Positions 1 through 12,359 of a stretch of 43,433 nucleotides of DNA are shown here, in pieces. The stretch covers positions 1 to 43,433 of the forward strand of contig MEDY01000430.1 in assembly GCA_001724265.1 (NCBI GenBank), given 5' to 3'. This DNA is from Rhizaria sp. SCN 62-66. Its lineage: Eukaryota. Under the pieces are notes generated by a model. It was not told where the DNA came from and did not search any database. It saw only the letters and a program-made list of their open reading frames with translations. The translations under genes and the position numbers were made by a program. Every line of letters begins with the position of its first letter. Position 1 is the stretch's first letter.

Positions 1-77
<77 letters not shown>
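1..77 (+). repeat. (CAG)n microsatellite encoding poly-Gln
   Basis: Perfect AGC/CAG repeat from base 1 to 77, in frame with the first CDS. Confidence 0.95.
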
Positions 78-79
<2 letters not shown>

Positions 80-3000
80 TGCAGCCGCCCCTGTCGCCGC
101 CCCGACCCAGCCGCAGCCGCTGTCCGACGGCGGAGCCGCGACGCCCGCCCCCGTCTCGGTTCCCATATCAAGCTCCGCCTCTATCTCCAACTCCAACTCC
201 AGCTCTAGCTCTGCGTCGGCTGCCGCGGTGGGGACCGGGTCGCCCTCCCGCGGCCGCAACAAGCGCGTCCAGCTGCCCACAGTCACCGCTGCCGCCGCCG
301 CCGCCGCCGCTGCCGCGAGCCCCGCCCCCGCCGCGGCCCTCGTACTCGACGCCGCCGCGCGCCGCCGCGCCGCTGCAGCAGGCTCTAGCTCTAGCTCTAG
401 CACTGGTGCGGGATCTAGCAACCGCTTGACGTCGCCGTCGCGCCGGCCGCAGCCCTCCGCCACAGCCAGCGCTGCCAACGCGAGTTCTTCTACAGCATCA
501 TCATCGTCATCATCATCGTCGTCGTCGTCGTTTGCGCGCGCTACCAGCCCCGGCGCTCCCACGGCCTCGGAGTCGCGCGTCCGGGCCGTGCAGCCGCGCC
601 CGCGCACCGCGGCCAACGCCACCGCCACCGCCAACGGCGCCAGCGCGGGCTCCGCCACAGGCGCCACCACGGGTGTCGCTACAGGTACTGGTGCAACCGC
701 TGCTGCAACGGGCCCCAAAGTGGCCTTCGCCGCGACCCCCGTCTCGACAACCCCTGCGGGCGCTGCTGCTGCTGGCGCCGCGGGCGCTGGGGGTAGCAGC
801 GCCAGCGGGTCGTCGGGAATGCGTCCGCGGCAGCTGCGCGCGCCGCACTCGAGCTCCACGCTCCCCGCCGCCGGAAACCACAGCGGCAGTAGCGCTCACC
901 GCAGCGGCGGCGGCAGCGGCCCCGCGGCGGAGTCGGAGCCGCTCTCGCCGCCGCTCGCACTGCGCGGCGCCCGCATCAGTGCGCACCCCTCGTCCTCGTC
1001 ATCGTCATCGTCGTCTATTTCTCACGGCGCGAGTGCGAATGCGAGTAACACCAGTCCCAGCCACGCCAGCTCGACTGCTGGTGCAGCTGGCACTGGCTCT
1101 GCAGCGGCCTCTGGCGCGGCCGCGGGCTCGGCCGCAGGCTCGTTGTCGGGCCTCGCGCGCGCGCTGTCGCAGGGCGCGGGCCGCCGCAAGCTCGGCGCCG
1201 CCGCGCCGGCCGCCGCCGCCACCGCGACCACGGGCTCGGCTGCAGTAACTGCGGGGACCGCGGGCGCTGGCGTCAAGACGACGTCGCCGACCCACCACGG
1301 CGCTCCGTCTCCGAGCAGTGCGGCCTCTGGCGCGAGCTCTAGCTCCAGTGCCAGCGGCAGCGTAAGCGCGACTGCGGCTGCGCAGGCGGCGGCGCGCGCG
1401 CGCATCGCGGCCGTGCGCGCCGCCGCCGCCACCACGCCCGTCGCCGGGGCCGGCGCTGCCGCTGCGGCCAAGGACGGCGGCGGCGCGGCCGCGGGCAGCA
1501 AGGAGGCGCGCGAGGCCAAGGACGCCCGCGACTCGCGCTCAGTCGCTGCCGCCGCCGCGACCAGTGCTGCTGGTACTGGTGCTGCTGCTGGAGCTGGCGC
1601 TGCGACCGGGACCGCTGCGCGCGCGCGGCCCGCGCTCGCGACAGGGGCGAGCTCCGGCACTGGCACTGGCACTAGCGCTGGCGCTGGCGCTGGCGCTAGA
1701 AGCACGTCGCCCTCTGCGGCCGCGGCGGCGGCGCGCGCGCGCAAGGCTGCCGGCAGCAGCACCGTCTCCCCGACGCACCACGCGGGCGCTGGCGCTGGTA
1801 CTGGCGCTGGCGCTGCTGCTGCTGCTGCCGGCGGCGGTGCTGCTCGTGCCGGCCGCACCGTTGCTGCCCCATCTGCCTCCAGCAGCAACAGCATCGGCAA
1901 CGTCAGCTCTATTGCCACTGCCAGTGACGGCGGCAATGCTGTGCGGCGCGACTCGGCGGGCAACGCCGTGGTGGACGTGGTGGGCGACCGCGGCGAGTCG
2001 GTCGAGATCACCGTCGTCGCCGCCACGCCCCGCGTACCCCCCCAGAGCCAGAGCCAGAGCCAAGGCTTGGGTGCGAGTACGGGGGCGGGTGCGAGCGCTG
2101 CGTCTGCGACTGCTTCTGCCACTGCGCCTGTGCCGGTGGCGGCGGCGGCGACCACGGTCACGCGGCTGCGGCCGCCCGGCGCGGCGGGCCGGCTGCCCGC
2201 GCCCTCCGTGTCAGGCGTCGGCTTCGCAGGCCACAGCGCTGCCGCTAGCAGCCACTCTGCCGGTCATTCTGCCGGCGCCGGCGCCGGCGTGAGCCGCATC
2301 CCCGCCAGGCGTGTGCCGGGCGCCGCGGGCACCGCCAGTAGAGCTGGCGCCGGCGCCGGTGCCGGTGCCACCACTGCCACTGGCACTGCCGCTGCTGGCG
2401 CTGGCTCAGGTGTTGCCGGCTCTGGCCCCGGCGCGCTCGGCCTCAGCGGCCCGGGCCTCAGCCTCGGCCTCGGCTTCGGGGACCCCGCGGCGGCCTCCGC
2501 CGGCGACCGCCACAGCGGCGGCGGCGGCGGCGGCTCCGACGACGAGTCCTTCCTGACCGACTCGTTCCTGGCCGGCGGCGGCGACCTGGGCGACTCAAGC
2601 CTCGCGCTCGCGCTCGACGGCGACGACGACGGGGCCGGCGACGCCGCTGGGAGCAAGTTCGGCGCCGGCTCCGGCAAGGGCGACGACCTGGACCTTATGT
2701 TCGGCGACAGCGAGACTTTCGCGTCCCTCGACGCCGACGCGGGCGGCCACACCAATGGCAACACCACTGTAGCGTCCAGCGGCAGCGGCTCCAGCACCAC
2801 GGGCGCGGGCGCGGGCGCCGCCGCGTCGGTCGGTCATCACGGCGGGCTCGACTCGTCGCTCGATGCTTCGGCGGGCGGGCTGCTGGGCATGTCGCTCGAC
2901 CTGCTGGCCGCGGATGACGCCATCTACGACCCCCTCGGCGGCGGCGGGCTGCGCGGGGCGGGCGGCGCGGGCGGGCCCGGTGGTGTCAGTGGGACGGGGC

Positions 3001-4649
3001 AGATAGGCAAGCGGTCGTCGGGCCCGCTTTTTCCCGAGATGGCCATGGCGCCCGCCGTCGCCGACGCCAACAACAATACCAACAACGGCAATAAGAGCAA
3101 CGGCAACAAGAGCACGGCCGGCAGCGCTCTCGGCGGCGATGACGACGACGCGGAGGCCGCGGCGGCCCCGTCGACGCTGCCGCTGCCGACGCCGGGCCAC
3201 AGCAGACTGAGCCCGGCCACAGCCGCCGCGGCCGCCGCGGGCAGCCCGCGCGCGCGCACGGGCGGCGTCTCGCGCGGGCTTCCGCTGCCCACGCAGTCAG
3301 TGCTCACCTCCCCGCTCAGCCCCGCTAGCCCCGCCCACAGCAGCTCGACAACTGCAACAGCGACGGCGAGTGGCGCTACTGGCGGCGGCGCCACGGGAGG
3401 CATGGACGCGATCGCGGCCGCGGTGGCCGCCGCGTTCGGCTCAGCGGCCTCACCCGTGTCCTCGGTCTCCACTGTCACGGGCGTCGGATCCTCGGCCGCG
3501 TCAGCCGCCGGCCGGTCGTCATCCTCGTCCTCCGTGTCGTCGTCGGCCGCGGCGTCTGCGCCGGCCGTTAAGATCCCCTTCCAGCACAGCCAACAACGCG
3601 CACTCGCGGCCTCGGCCTTCTCCGCGGCGCTCTCCAACAGCAACAACAGCGGCGGCAGCAGCAACAGCAACGCCGACCCGCGCCGCATGGGTGCCGCTGC
3701 GGCCGCGGCCGCCGCGGCCGCGGCCGCGTCCGGGGGCGTTGCGTCGCTGCGGCGCGCGAAGCAGAACGCCGCGATGCAGGCGTCGGCGCGACAGCAGCTG
3801 CGGCAGCAGTCTCAATCGCAGGTTCTGCTCCAGCAGCAGCAGCGGCGCCGCCACCGCGCCTACGGCACCGGCTCCAGCTCCTCCGCCTCGGCGGCGTCGA
3901 TGGCCTCGCCTGTAGGCGGCAACGGCGGGGTGCTTGACGTGCTGGGCGGCAAGTGGCTCGAGGTGACGCTGCTGCTGCGCACGCCGATCGAGTCGCAGAC
4001 CGACTTTGACAGCGTCGACAACTTGGCCCGCGCGTCGCTGGCCTTCGTGGACCTGCTCTACGACATCGCCGACACCAGCGACCTCTCGCGCGGCCGCCTC
4101 ACGCGTCTGCTCATGCCTCTTAACTCAGCCTCGGCCGTCTCGGATCCGTCGCACAACTCCGAGGCGCTGTCCGCGGCGGAGCAGGCCAAGGACGAGGAGG
4201 CCGTCGGCAAGGTCGACGCGTACCTCGTCTCGCGCCGCCACCTCGAGTCGTCGTCGCCGCTGCGCACGCGCGAAGACCTCGTGCTGGCGGCCGCGGAGCT
4301 GCGCAAGCTCGTCCGCGTCAAGATCTCGGACGAGAACGACCTGGCGCTCGGCCGCGCCGCCGTCGAGGAGATCGCGTCCTTCTGCGACCGTGTCAACGGC
4401 ATCGTGCGCGCCAATCGTGAGGGGCGCTTCCAACGGTCCGTGCGCCGCGTGCCTCGCGCCACGGCCGAGGAGACCGGCGGCGCCGCGGACGACGCTGCTG
4501 CCAACGCCGACGATGGCGAGGAAGGCGCGGTGGACCCCAGCGAGCTGGAGGGGCTGGACGAGGCCGAGCGAGAAGTGGTCGAGCTGTCGGCGTGTAAGAT
4601 TCCTATTAGCACATGCGAGTTCGATTTCATTCAGCGCTACTTGCAATGA
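3..4649 (+). CDS. Large Ala/Ser/Gly low-complexity protein, 5'-truncated at the window edge, with poly-Gln and an unidentified ~230-aa C-terminal globular region
   Basis: The frame of ORF 228..4649 is open back to base 3 (25 CAG codons, then DAAAPVAAPTQPQP...). Ends at TGA 4647-4649 where the sequence turns AT-rich. No family recognised. Confidence 0.8.
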
Positions 4650-5045
4650 TCAACAAGCAACTTCTGCCAATGTTCGCAGGCGTCGTATAATCAAGATTTC
4701 TTTGCCCTTGATTCGAATGTGATTATTTTGAGTCATTTCATTCTTTGTACATTTTATTGCTACCTAGATTTTTCGACTTTAGTTACTTATCAAATAGACA
4801 AACACAATATAACAACCAGATTCTTGTGTCACGGGCCTAATATCAAGACATGTATTCAGAACGTTTGGAGCAAATTTAAAACGATGTATTGGAAGTGTAA
4901 ATTCGAGTTGTAATAGCACTTAATAATAATCAGTTGCATCAACATATTCTGGAAACTAACGTAAACAATAACCATCGGTACGATGATTCGAAAGTAATAT
5001 TCTGAAACTTGACTGTTTCACTGGTAGATTTGTGAGAAGCCGCAC

Positions 5046-8000
5046 TTACTTGCGCTTCCAGGCCACAGCGGACGCGGGCGCAGAGCGCTTCGGCACGAGC
5101 TCAGGCAACACGGCGGGAGCAGCGCCGTTGCCGCCGACGCCGGTGTAACTGTTACGCGCGCCGTCGGTCCGCTTGGGACCAGCGCCCGCGGTCGCCGTGC
5201 TGTACTGGCCCTGCGCCGACGAAGACACGCCCCTACCGGCGGAGCCCACGATGCCGAGATCGGAGAACCGCGAGGCGCCGCTCTCGGGCCGCATCCCGGC
5301 GCCGTAGCTGTAGACCGATGCGGACGCCTGCGATGAGGGCGCGCGGGCCTGCGCGACGGGGACGCCGCTGAGAGCTGGGCCCAAGCCAGCGCCGCCGAGG
5401 GCCGACTGCTGCTGATGCTGCTGCGGCGCACGGAAGGCGGGCACGGGGATGGAGCTGGCGCTGCGCGAGCGAGCCTTCTCCTTGCGCAGGTCCTCTGCGA
5501 GCCGCGCGACCATGGCCTCGGCCGTCTCGGCGCGCTTGGTCAGGTCGCGCACGCTACGCTCCAGCGCGGGCACGTCCGCGGCGCGCTGCGCCGACAGCGA
5601 GTCGGCCGACTGCGCCGTCGCAAGCTTGTCCTCGAGCAGCGCCACACGCGCGCGCAGGGCACGTAGCGCGGCCTGGTCCTCGGCGCGCGCCGCGGCGACG
5701 GCGGCGGCGATCGCGGCCTCGTTGCGGCGCGGGGACCCATGAACTGCGGTAGTCTGCGCGGCAGCCGGCGTGGGAACAGGCACAGTAACGTGGGCAGGCG
5801 CAGGCGCCGCCTGCTCGGCCGCAGGCTTCGGCTTCTCGTGAAGCTTATGCAGCGCATCACGGGCGGAGACGTCGGCTGCGGCCACTGGCGCCGGCGTGGC
5901 CTCGAGTCCAGCGGCAGCAGGCTTAGCTGCGTTGGCATTGACTCGGGCGCTCGGTCGCGCCGACTCGGGCGCAGCGCGCGCTGACGCAGGCTGTGACTCG
6001 GGCTCGGCGCTGACCGCTGCGGCAGCAGGAGCAGCAGCGCGCTGGGGCGACTCCTCCCGCTGCTGCGGCTGCTGCTTCTGAGGCTGGGCCGGACGCGCAC
6101 CGACCAGTTTGCGGCCGCCCCTGGCAACGAGGTTGTTCATGAGAGCGTTGCTCAGCGCGTTCGCAGGCTCAGCGACTGCGGGCTCGTCCTCGGCCTTGGT
6201 TGCAGCCATTTCATGCTGACCGTGACTGTGCGCGTGCGCTGCGGCCACCTTCTCCCTCGCCGCGCGCGCAGAAGCTACCTTCTCGGCGGCTTCCTTCATG
6301 TTCTCCTTGCGGCGCCGCGCCTCCTCATCTTCCTTGGCACGATCCGCCGCGCGCGCCGCGATGACCGCGTTGGCGGCCTCGTCCGCCGCCGCGCGCCGCT
6401 CAGCCGCGCGCGCCTCGCGCTCGGCCTCCCATTCGGCCAGCGCCTCCGCGGGCGTCTTGGCGGGGGCCTTGGCTGGGGAGCCGTCCTTGCCGCCCGCAGC
6501 GGCGCCGTCCTTGGCTCCGGACTTGGGGCGGTGGCCGCGCGCGCCCGCGCCCGCGCCGGGGCCGCGGATGAGCGCCAATGGGCGCGGCCCGGCAGGCGCC
6601 GCAGGCTGCCGGCGGGACGAGACGGGCGGCGACACCGTCACCGTGTTGCGCGCGCTGTCGGGGTTCGCGCTGGCGCTCGCAGCGGGCGCGGGCGCGGGGG
6701 GCAGCGCGGAGCCCTGTTGCGAGGCCGAGAGCGCAGCGGCGGTGACGGCGGCCGCGGTAGCGAGGGCGGCGGCCGTAGCGAGCTCGGCGCGGCTGTCGCG
6801 GCGACTCGCGCGACGGCCGGCAGCGCTGCTGCGGGCGCCACCGTCAGCCGCGGGAGTCTTGGGCTTAGACTTGGAGTTGGACTTCGACTTAGATGCGTGA
6901 GTGTCTTTGTCCTCATCATCTTCATCTTCGTCTTCATCCTCGTCTTCGTCCTCGTCCTCGTCGTCAACGTCGGCGTCCTCTTCTTCACTGTCGTCCTCGT
7001 CCTCATCGTCGTCATCTTCGTCCTCGTCCTCGTCGTCTTCGCCCTCGTCGTCCTCGCCCTCGTCGACCGAGTCCTCCTCGAGCTTGACCTGGTTCATGGC
7101 CGCCTTGGTCGCCTTGACGTCGGCCGCGGGGTCAACGCGGGCAGAGTCGGGACCGGCCTTGGCAGCGGCCGCGGGCTTGACGCTGGGGTTGGACTTCTTG
7201 ATGTCATCATCCTCATCATCCTCATCATCCTCGTCTTCGTCCTCATCTTCATCTTCGTCCTCGCCATCTTCGTCTTCATCCTCGTCCTCATCTTCATCGT
7301 CGTCGGATTCAGCCTTGGTCTTGGCGGGAGCAGTGGCGGCAACAACGGGCTTGGCCTGCACCGCGGGCTTCGCAGGAGCAGCATTCGCCACAGGCTTGAC
7401 AGGCCCAGCAGAGGCAGCAGCAGCCGGCTTCGCGGGATTCAACGCAGCGACCGCAGCGACAGACTGTGCGGCAGCAGCAGGGGCAGCCGCGGGTTTGTTG
7501 TTGGCGGCCACGGGCTTGTTGTTAGCGGCCGCGGGTTTGATATTGTTACCAGGCGCGGCCTTGGCGAGATTCAACGCGGGCACGGCCACAGGAGCAAGCT
7601 CGGGCTTCGCCTCTGACTCAGATCCAGACTCATCTTCATCCTCAGACTCAGGCTCAGGCTTCATTGCGGGAGCGAGCGATGACTTGGCAGCGTGAGCGCG
7701 CTCCTTCTCAGCCTTAACAGCGGGCTCAGTATCAGAGGCATCGCCCTCATCGCCGTCCTTGTCGTCGCCATCGTCGTCGTCGTCACCCTCACCATCATTG
7801 GCATTCTCGTCCTCGTTCTCGTCCTGGCCATCGCCATCACCGCCTTCGCCGTCGTCGTCGTTAGCCTCAGCATCATCAACAGCTTTGTGACTCTCAGCAA
7901 CAAGAGCATCAGCAGCGTCAGCGTCATTGCTGGGCTCATTGTCCTCATCGTCCTCAACAGCCCCAGCAGCTTCAGCCTTGCTTTCGTCTTCGTCTTTGTC

Positions 8001-9329
8001 GCTGTCATGAGTGTCGCCCTCGTCAGCGTCATGGGCGTCACCGCCGTCGCCTTCATCGGCGGCAGCACCGTCGTGCTCCGTCTCATGCTCATGCTCGGCT
8101 TTGTGGTTGTGTTCGTCGTCGCCGTGCTCGACACCATCTTGTTCAGCGCCGTGTTCGGTGTCGTGCTCCTGCTCCTGCTCGTCGTTTGCAGGCTCAGCTT
8201 CCTCGTTCTCGGACTCGGCCTCATCTTGCTCGTGCTCAGGCTTGTGCTCGTCAACATTCTCAGGATTTCGCTCTCGGTCACTGCGCTTGTGTTGGTGGTC
8301 TTCGGCGTCGGCGTCGTCGTGGTGCTCATTGTGCTCCTGCTCGTGCTCCTGCTCGCGGGCATCAAGCTCCGCAAGCTCGGCCTCGAGCTTAGCCTCCTTC
8401 TCGTCGGCATCGCCCTCGCCCTCGCCCTCGCCAGCCTCCGCATCAGCAGCAGCACCGTCGCCCTTGCAGTCGTGCTCGTCCGCCTCAGCGTCAGCGTCAG
8501 CGTCAGCCTCGGCGCCAGCAGCGTCGCCTTCGCGGCTGTCTTCGTGCTCATCAGCAGCGGCATCGCCCACGTGCGCAGCATCACCCTCAGCAGCCCCAGC
8601 TTCAGCGGCGTCGCCTTCATCGCGTGCTTCGGCGTCGTCAAGCTCATGCTCGTGAGCAGCATCGTCGCCCTCCGCAGCTTCAGCATCGCCCTCATGAGCC
8701 TCAGCGTCGCCGTCTCCAGCACCAGCCTCGTCATCCTCTGCGCCGGCCTCATGAACGTGCTCCTCCTCGGCGGCATCGCCCTCAGTGCCTTCAGCCTCAG
8801 CGTCACCAGCTACATGGTCGACGGCGTCGCCCTCAGCAGCAGCCTCGGCGCCGTCGCCCTCCGCATGGTCGCCGTGCTCGTCGCCTTCACCCGCGGGCTC
8901 CTCCTCGTCGTGCGCGCCGGCATTGTCACCCTCAGCAGCGGCCACATCAGCATCAGCAGCATCAGCGTCAGCGTGGTCGCCGCCGTGGTCGCCGTTATGG
9001 TGAGCCTCGTCGCCGGGGTCGCCTTCGCCGGAATCGCCCTCGCCGGCATCACCTTCGCCAGCGGTAGCATCGCCCTCATCATCAGCAGCCTCACCGTGTT
9101 CAGCCTCAGCCTCAGCATCAGCCACAGCCTCGGCCTCGCCGTGTTCAGCGTCTGCGTCGCCAGGCTCTGCGTCATCAGCCGCATCGCCCTCACCTTCGCC
9201 GTTCTCAGGTTCCGGCTCGACGTCGTCTGTGTCAGTGTCCTCTGTAGCGTGGATATGGGGAGGGTGTACCTTGTCCACGATGACCACACGCGCGGAGCGC
9301 GCAGCGGGGACGTGGATAGCGAGAGTCAT
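5046..9329 (-). CDS. 1427-aa highly acidic, His-rich disordered protein with C-terminal coiled coil
   Basis: Single ATG-TAA ORF bounded by AT-rich flanks. Long D/E/A/G/H tracts, KPAAA repeats and a heptad-like segment ALRALRARVALLEDKL...LAEDLRKEK. Confidence 0.8.
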   Translation of the reverse strand: MTLAIHVPAARSARVVIVDKVHPPHIHATEDTDTDDVEPEPENGEGEGDAADDAEPGDADAEHGEAEAVADAEAEAEHGEAADDEGDATAGEGDAGEGDSGEGDPGDEAHHNGDHGGDHADADAADADVAAAEGDNAGAHDEEEPAGEGDEHGDHAEGDGAEAAAEGDAVDHVAGDAEAEGTEGDAAEEEHVHEAGAEDDEAGAGDGDAEAHEGDAEAAEGDDAAHEHELDDAEARDEGDAAEAGAAEGDAAHVGDAAADEHEDSREGDAAGAEADADADAEADEHDCKGDGAAADAEAGEGEGEGDADEKEAKLEAELAELDAREQEHEQEHNEHHDDADAEDHQHKRSDRERNPENVDEHKPEHEQDEAESENEEAEPANDEQEQEHDTEHGAEQDGVEHGDDEHNHKAEHEHETEHDGAAADEGDGGDAHDADEGDTHDSDKDEDESKAEAAGAVEDDEDNEPSNDADAADALVAESHKAVDDAEANDDDGEGGDGDGQDENEDENANDGEGDDDDDGDDKDGDEGDASDTEPAVKAEKERAHAAKSSLAPAMKPEPESEDEDESGSESEAKPELAPVAVPALNLAKAAPGNNIKPAAANNKPVAANNKPAAAPAAAAQSVAAVAALNPAKPAAAASAGPVKPVANAAPAKPAVQAKPVVAATAPAKTKAESDDDEDEDEDEDEDGEDEDEDEDEDEDDEDDEDDDIKKSNPSVKPAAAAKAGPDSARVDPAADVKATKAAMNQVKLEEDSVDEGEDDEGEDDEDEDEDDDDEDEDDSEEEDADVDDEDEDEDEDEDEDEDDEDKDTHASKSKSNSKSKPKTPAADGGARSSAAGRRASRRDSRAELATAAALATAAAVTAAALSASQQGSALPPAPAPAASASANPDSARNTVTVSPPVSSRRQPAAPAGPRPLALIRGPGAGAGARGHRPKSGAKDGAAAGGKDGSPAKAPAKTPAEALAEWEAEREARAAERRAAADEAANAVIAARAADRAKEDEEARRRKENMKEAAEKVASARAAREKVAAAHAHSHGQHEMAATKAEDEPAVAEPANALSNALMNNLVARGGRKLVGARPAQPQKQQPQQREESPQRAAAPAAAAVSAEPESQPASARAAPESARPSARVNANAAKPAAAGLEATPAPVAAADVSARDALHKLHEKPKPAAEQAAPAPAHVTVPVPTPAAAQTTAVHGSPRRNEAAIAAAVAAARAEDQAALRALRARVALLEDKLATAQSADSLSAQRAADVPALERSVRDLTKRAETAEAMVARLAEDLRKEKARSRSASSIPVPAFRAPQQHQQQSALGGAGLGPALSGVPVAQARAPSSQASASVYSYGAGMRPESGASRFSDLGIVGSAGRGVSSSAQGQYSTATAGAGPKRTDGARNSYTGVGGNGAAPAVLPELVPKRSAPASAVAWKRK

Positions 9330-9890
9330 TTGAAGAGAGGAGATGTAGCGCCCAGAGAGTCGTTACTTGGTCTTATCGGAGTCCGAGTGTCTGTTTTAGA
9401 GTGAAGATAAGCTATGGAGCAATAAAATTCAAATTTTTGAATACAATACGTTAGGTTAATTAATATTTCTGACATAGTATAGTCGTGATAATACAACACA
9501 TGCGATAGTCAACGAAATTGTTTAGCTAAGACGAACGTTAACGGGTGGCTGGTCTAGACATGCATATTAAGGCTTTAACATAGTAATTGAGAGCAATGTG
9601 TAAATAGAGATAGTGTGACGCTTGCGTTTAAATATCAATATATTAATGAAAGTTCAAACGACGGCCCGCCTCACGCATACCACTGTCGTTTTTCCATCGG
9701 TCTGCGACCCGAACACGCGCAACCTCAAACACCCAATAGAGCAGTTCGGTATATATTTTAGACAGCAGCGCAATCGAAAAACCACCTGTAATAACTTAAA
9801 AATGATAAATATTGCGGGGAGCATGTCGTTGTGAATCATATTTGATTTCTTCAATTCGACACAAACATATACCCATATGTTAGCACGATA

Positions 9891-11571
9891 TCAACGTTTA
9901 CGCTGTCCGCCGCGGTTCTTGCCAGCGCGCCAGCGCGCCATCCCCACTGCGTAGATAAGTGCCAGTCCCGCCAGCATTACGGGTCCACGCAGCGCAGCCA
10001 CCCAGCTCTCAGCATCCGCCCCGACAGCCACAGCGGCCCACGGCACAGTCCGGCAAAACGCATCAATATCATATGCGCTAATCGCATCTGTTCCACTGAC
10101 GCTGTTGGTGGTGGTAGTGGTGGTGCTGCTGCTGCTACTGTTGTTCACAGACGCAGCACTAGGCCGTGCGCGAGTGACTGTGAGCCCTGACTGTGGGGTC
10201 ACGCGCACAGAGGCCGGCGCCAGCTCGCGCGCAGCCTCCTGACTCGCACCGCACAGTGCCGCGAAATCAAGCCGCGTGCCGAAGTTAAGCCGCTGAACAT
10301 CGTCAGCGGCCGAGTAAGCGGCATAGACAGCAGCATTAGCGGCCGCAATCGCAGTGGCGTCCTTCAACGCGTGCTTGCTGCATAACAACACGATATTCGT
10401 GCTCTGAGCATTGACAGCAGCCTCATTGTTGACATCGGTTGCACTTTCGGGAGAAGACACAGGATCAGAGACTGCTGCAGCAGTACTTCTCACTGAAACA
10501 TGAACCATCGATGGGATAATAAGACATTTAAGCGGCATAGACAGCGCCACACCGTCAATAACATTATTGTGACTGTCGCCGTGCCTGTTGTGGCTAGGGG
10601 CCCATGCCCCGGCGCCGGCGCCGGACAGCAGGGCGCCGAACCCGCCCACGCGGGCTCCAGAAGGAAAGGGAAGAGCTTGCGGCCGCAGCGCGAGCATGGG
10701 CGTCGTGGTAGCGTCGAGAGAAAGCGGGTACAAGAGGACTGCGGGGGGCAGCTCTGGTGCCAGGGGCAGAGTCAACAGCAACTAGAGACAACAAAACGAG
10801 TCAATATTGAAGTGAGTAAGGACACATGAGCAGATAGATAAGCAAATGTGCAGTGAAAATCATTATATATTGAGTTAAGCCAGATTGTGCAAACTATGCT
10901 CGAGAAATGTGGAGATGTAGTCGTACCATGAGGCGCGACTTGTCCGCAAGGATGGACACAGCCGCAGGCGCGCGGCACGGGGAGGCGTCCCCAGCGCTAG
11001 CAGAGGAGCGCACGCCGGGCGCAGGACCAAGACACCGCAGCAGCGCCTTGCGGAGCGCGGTGGCCTCCGTAGCGGCGCGCGCGGCGGCAGCAGCGGCGGC
11101 GAGGGGCGCAGCGGCGGCGAGGGGCGCAGCGGGGGCAACAGGGCCGGAGCTAATGTCCACAGTTGTGAACGCGGCTGACCGCGCTAGCGCTAGCGTAGAA
11201 ACGTAAAGTAAAGGCACACCAGTGAGCACGTCAAAAACGGCAACTGAGGCCGCAGCAAGAGGGGACTCGCCCTCTGCAGACGAGGACCGCTGCAGCAGAA
11301 CCGAGAGCAGGCCTATGCGGCGCGCTTGCTGGGAGGCCGCTGTGGGAAATGGGAGACGCGTGTGGGCGTGCGAGGCGTGCGCAATCAACCATGTTGCGTT
11401 GGGTGCCACGCCGTCGCAGTTGTTAAATGCGGTACATGCCTTGGTGTAGAGCGCGGTCGGCGACTCGGGACCCCAAATCAAGGAGTCTGTCATTCCTACA
11501 GTCGCGGAGACAGATGCCAAACTACAGCATAGAACGATGATACAACACTGCCAAAAACAGAGTTGTGTCAT
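9891..11571 (-). CDS. Two-exon predicted type-I membrane protein (exons 11571-10927, 10781-9891); weak resemblance to the EMC1 C-terminal region
   Basis: Phase-0 intron 10926-10782 (GTACGA...CTCTAG) joins ORFs 10894..11571 and 9891..10781 in frame. N-terminal hydrophobic signal, C-terminal TM (VMLAGLALIYAVGM) with basic tail, TGA stop. Confidence 0.7.
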
Positions 11572-12359
11572 TCTGCCCCCAATAAACTTGGTGACTGAGC
11601 AGCAGTTGTATCAACGGAGATTCTGTGACGTTCACTAACGGTTCCTGACCTCCGCCAGCAGCCACCCCCCCAAAGGCAACCACTCGCAGCTAGCAAGCGA
11701 TTCGTGGTTGAGTTAATAAATCTGGTTCAAATGGAACTTTATTCGTAGTTTGAGGAGTTTAAGAAGTTAAAAAAACAATACGAAGCATACATAGACGCAC
11801 ACATCGTATTCTATGTGGGTTAACAACAAGTTGAGGAAGCGTAACATGGCTGCTAAAAAAAAAGGTTAACATTAGTTCAAGTTGCAACAAAGTGTTTCAG
11901 AAGAGTTTTCCCGCCAACAACCACGGGAGGAGTAAAAAACACAAGCAACTAAGTTTTAAAAAGGGTAAAAGCCAGCATGTGCGGCGTCACAGCTGTCATT
12001 GTCCCAGTTTCTTCAGCAAAAAACGGGGCGAGACAAGACTGTCACAATCCAACACAAAGCAACAGCAGAGACTAGAATGACGACAATAGCACACAAACAC
12101 ACAAACGCGCAGATGCACAGGTGATCAAACGAGGAAGAAGATAAGAGAACGTCAAATCAAGGTTACGAATCAAAGAGAGATAAGCTTAAAAGACAGTCGT
12201 TGAAACGGCAAATGTCACGAACTCTGACTGACTGATGTGTTATTCATGTACACACAGTCACACAGACAGATACAAACACACACTTATGCGCACACGGAGC
12301 CGACAGCTGACGGCTGACACTGCCGCAACAACTGCTATGGACACGGGGCCCCGCGTGGC

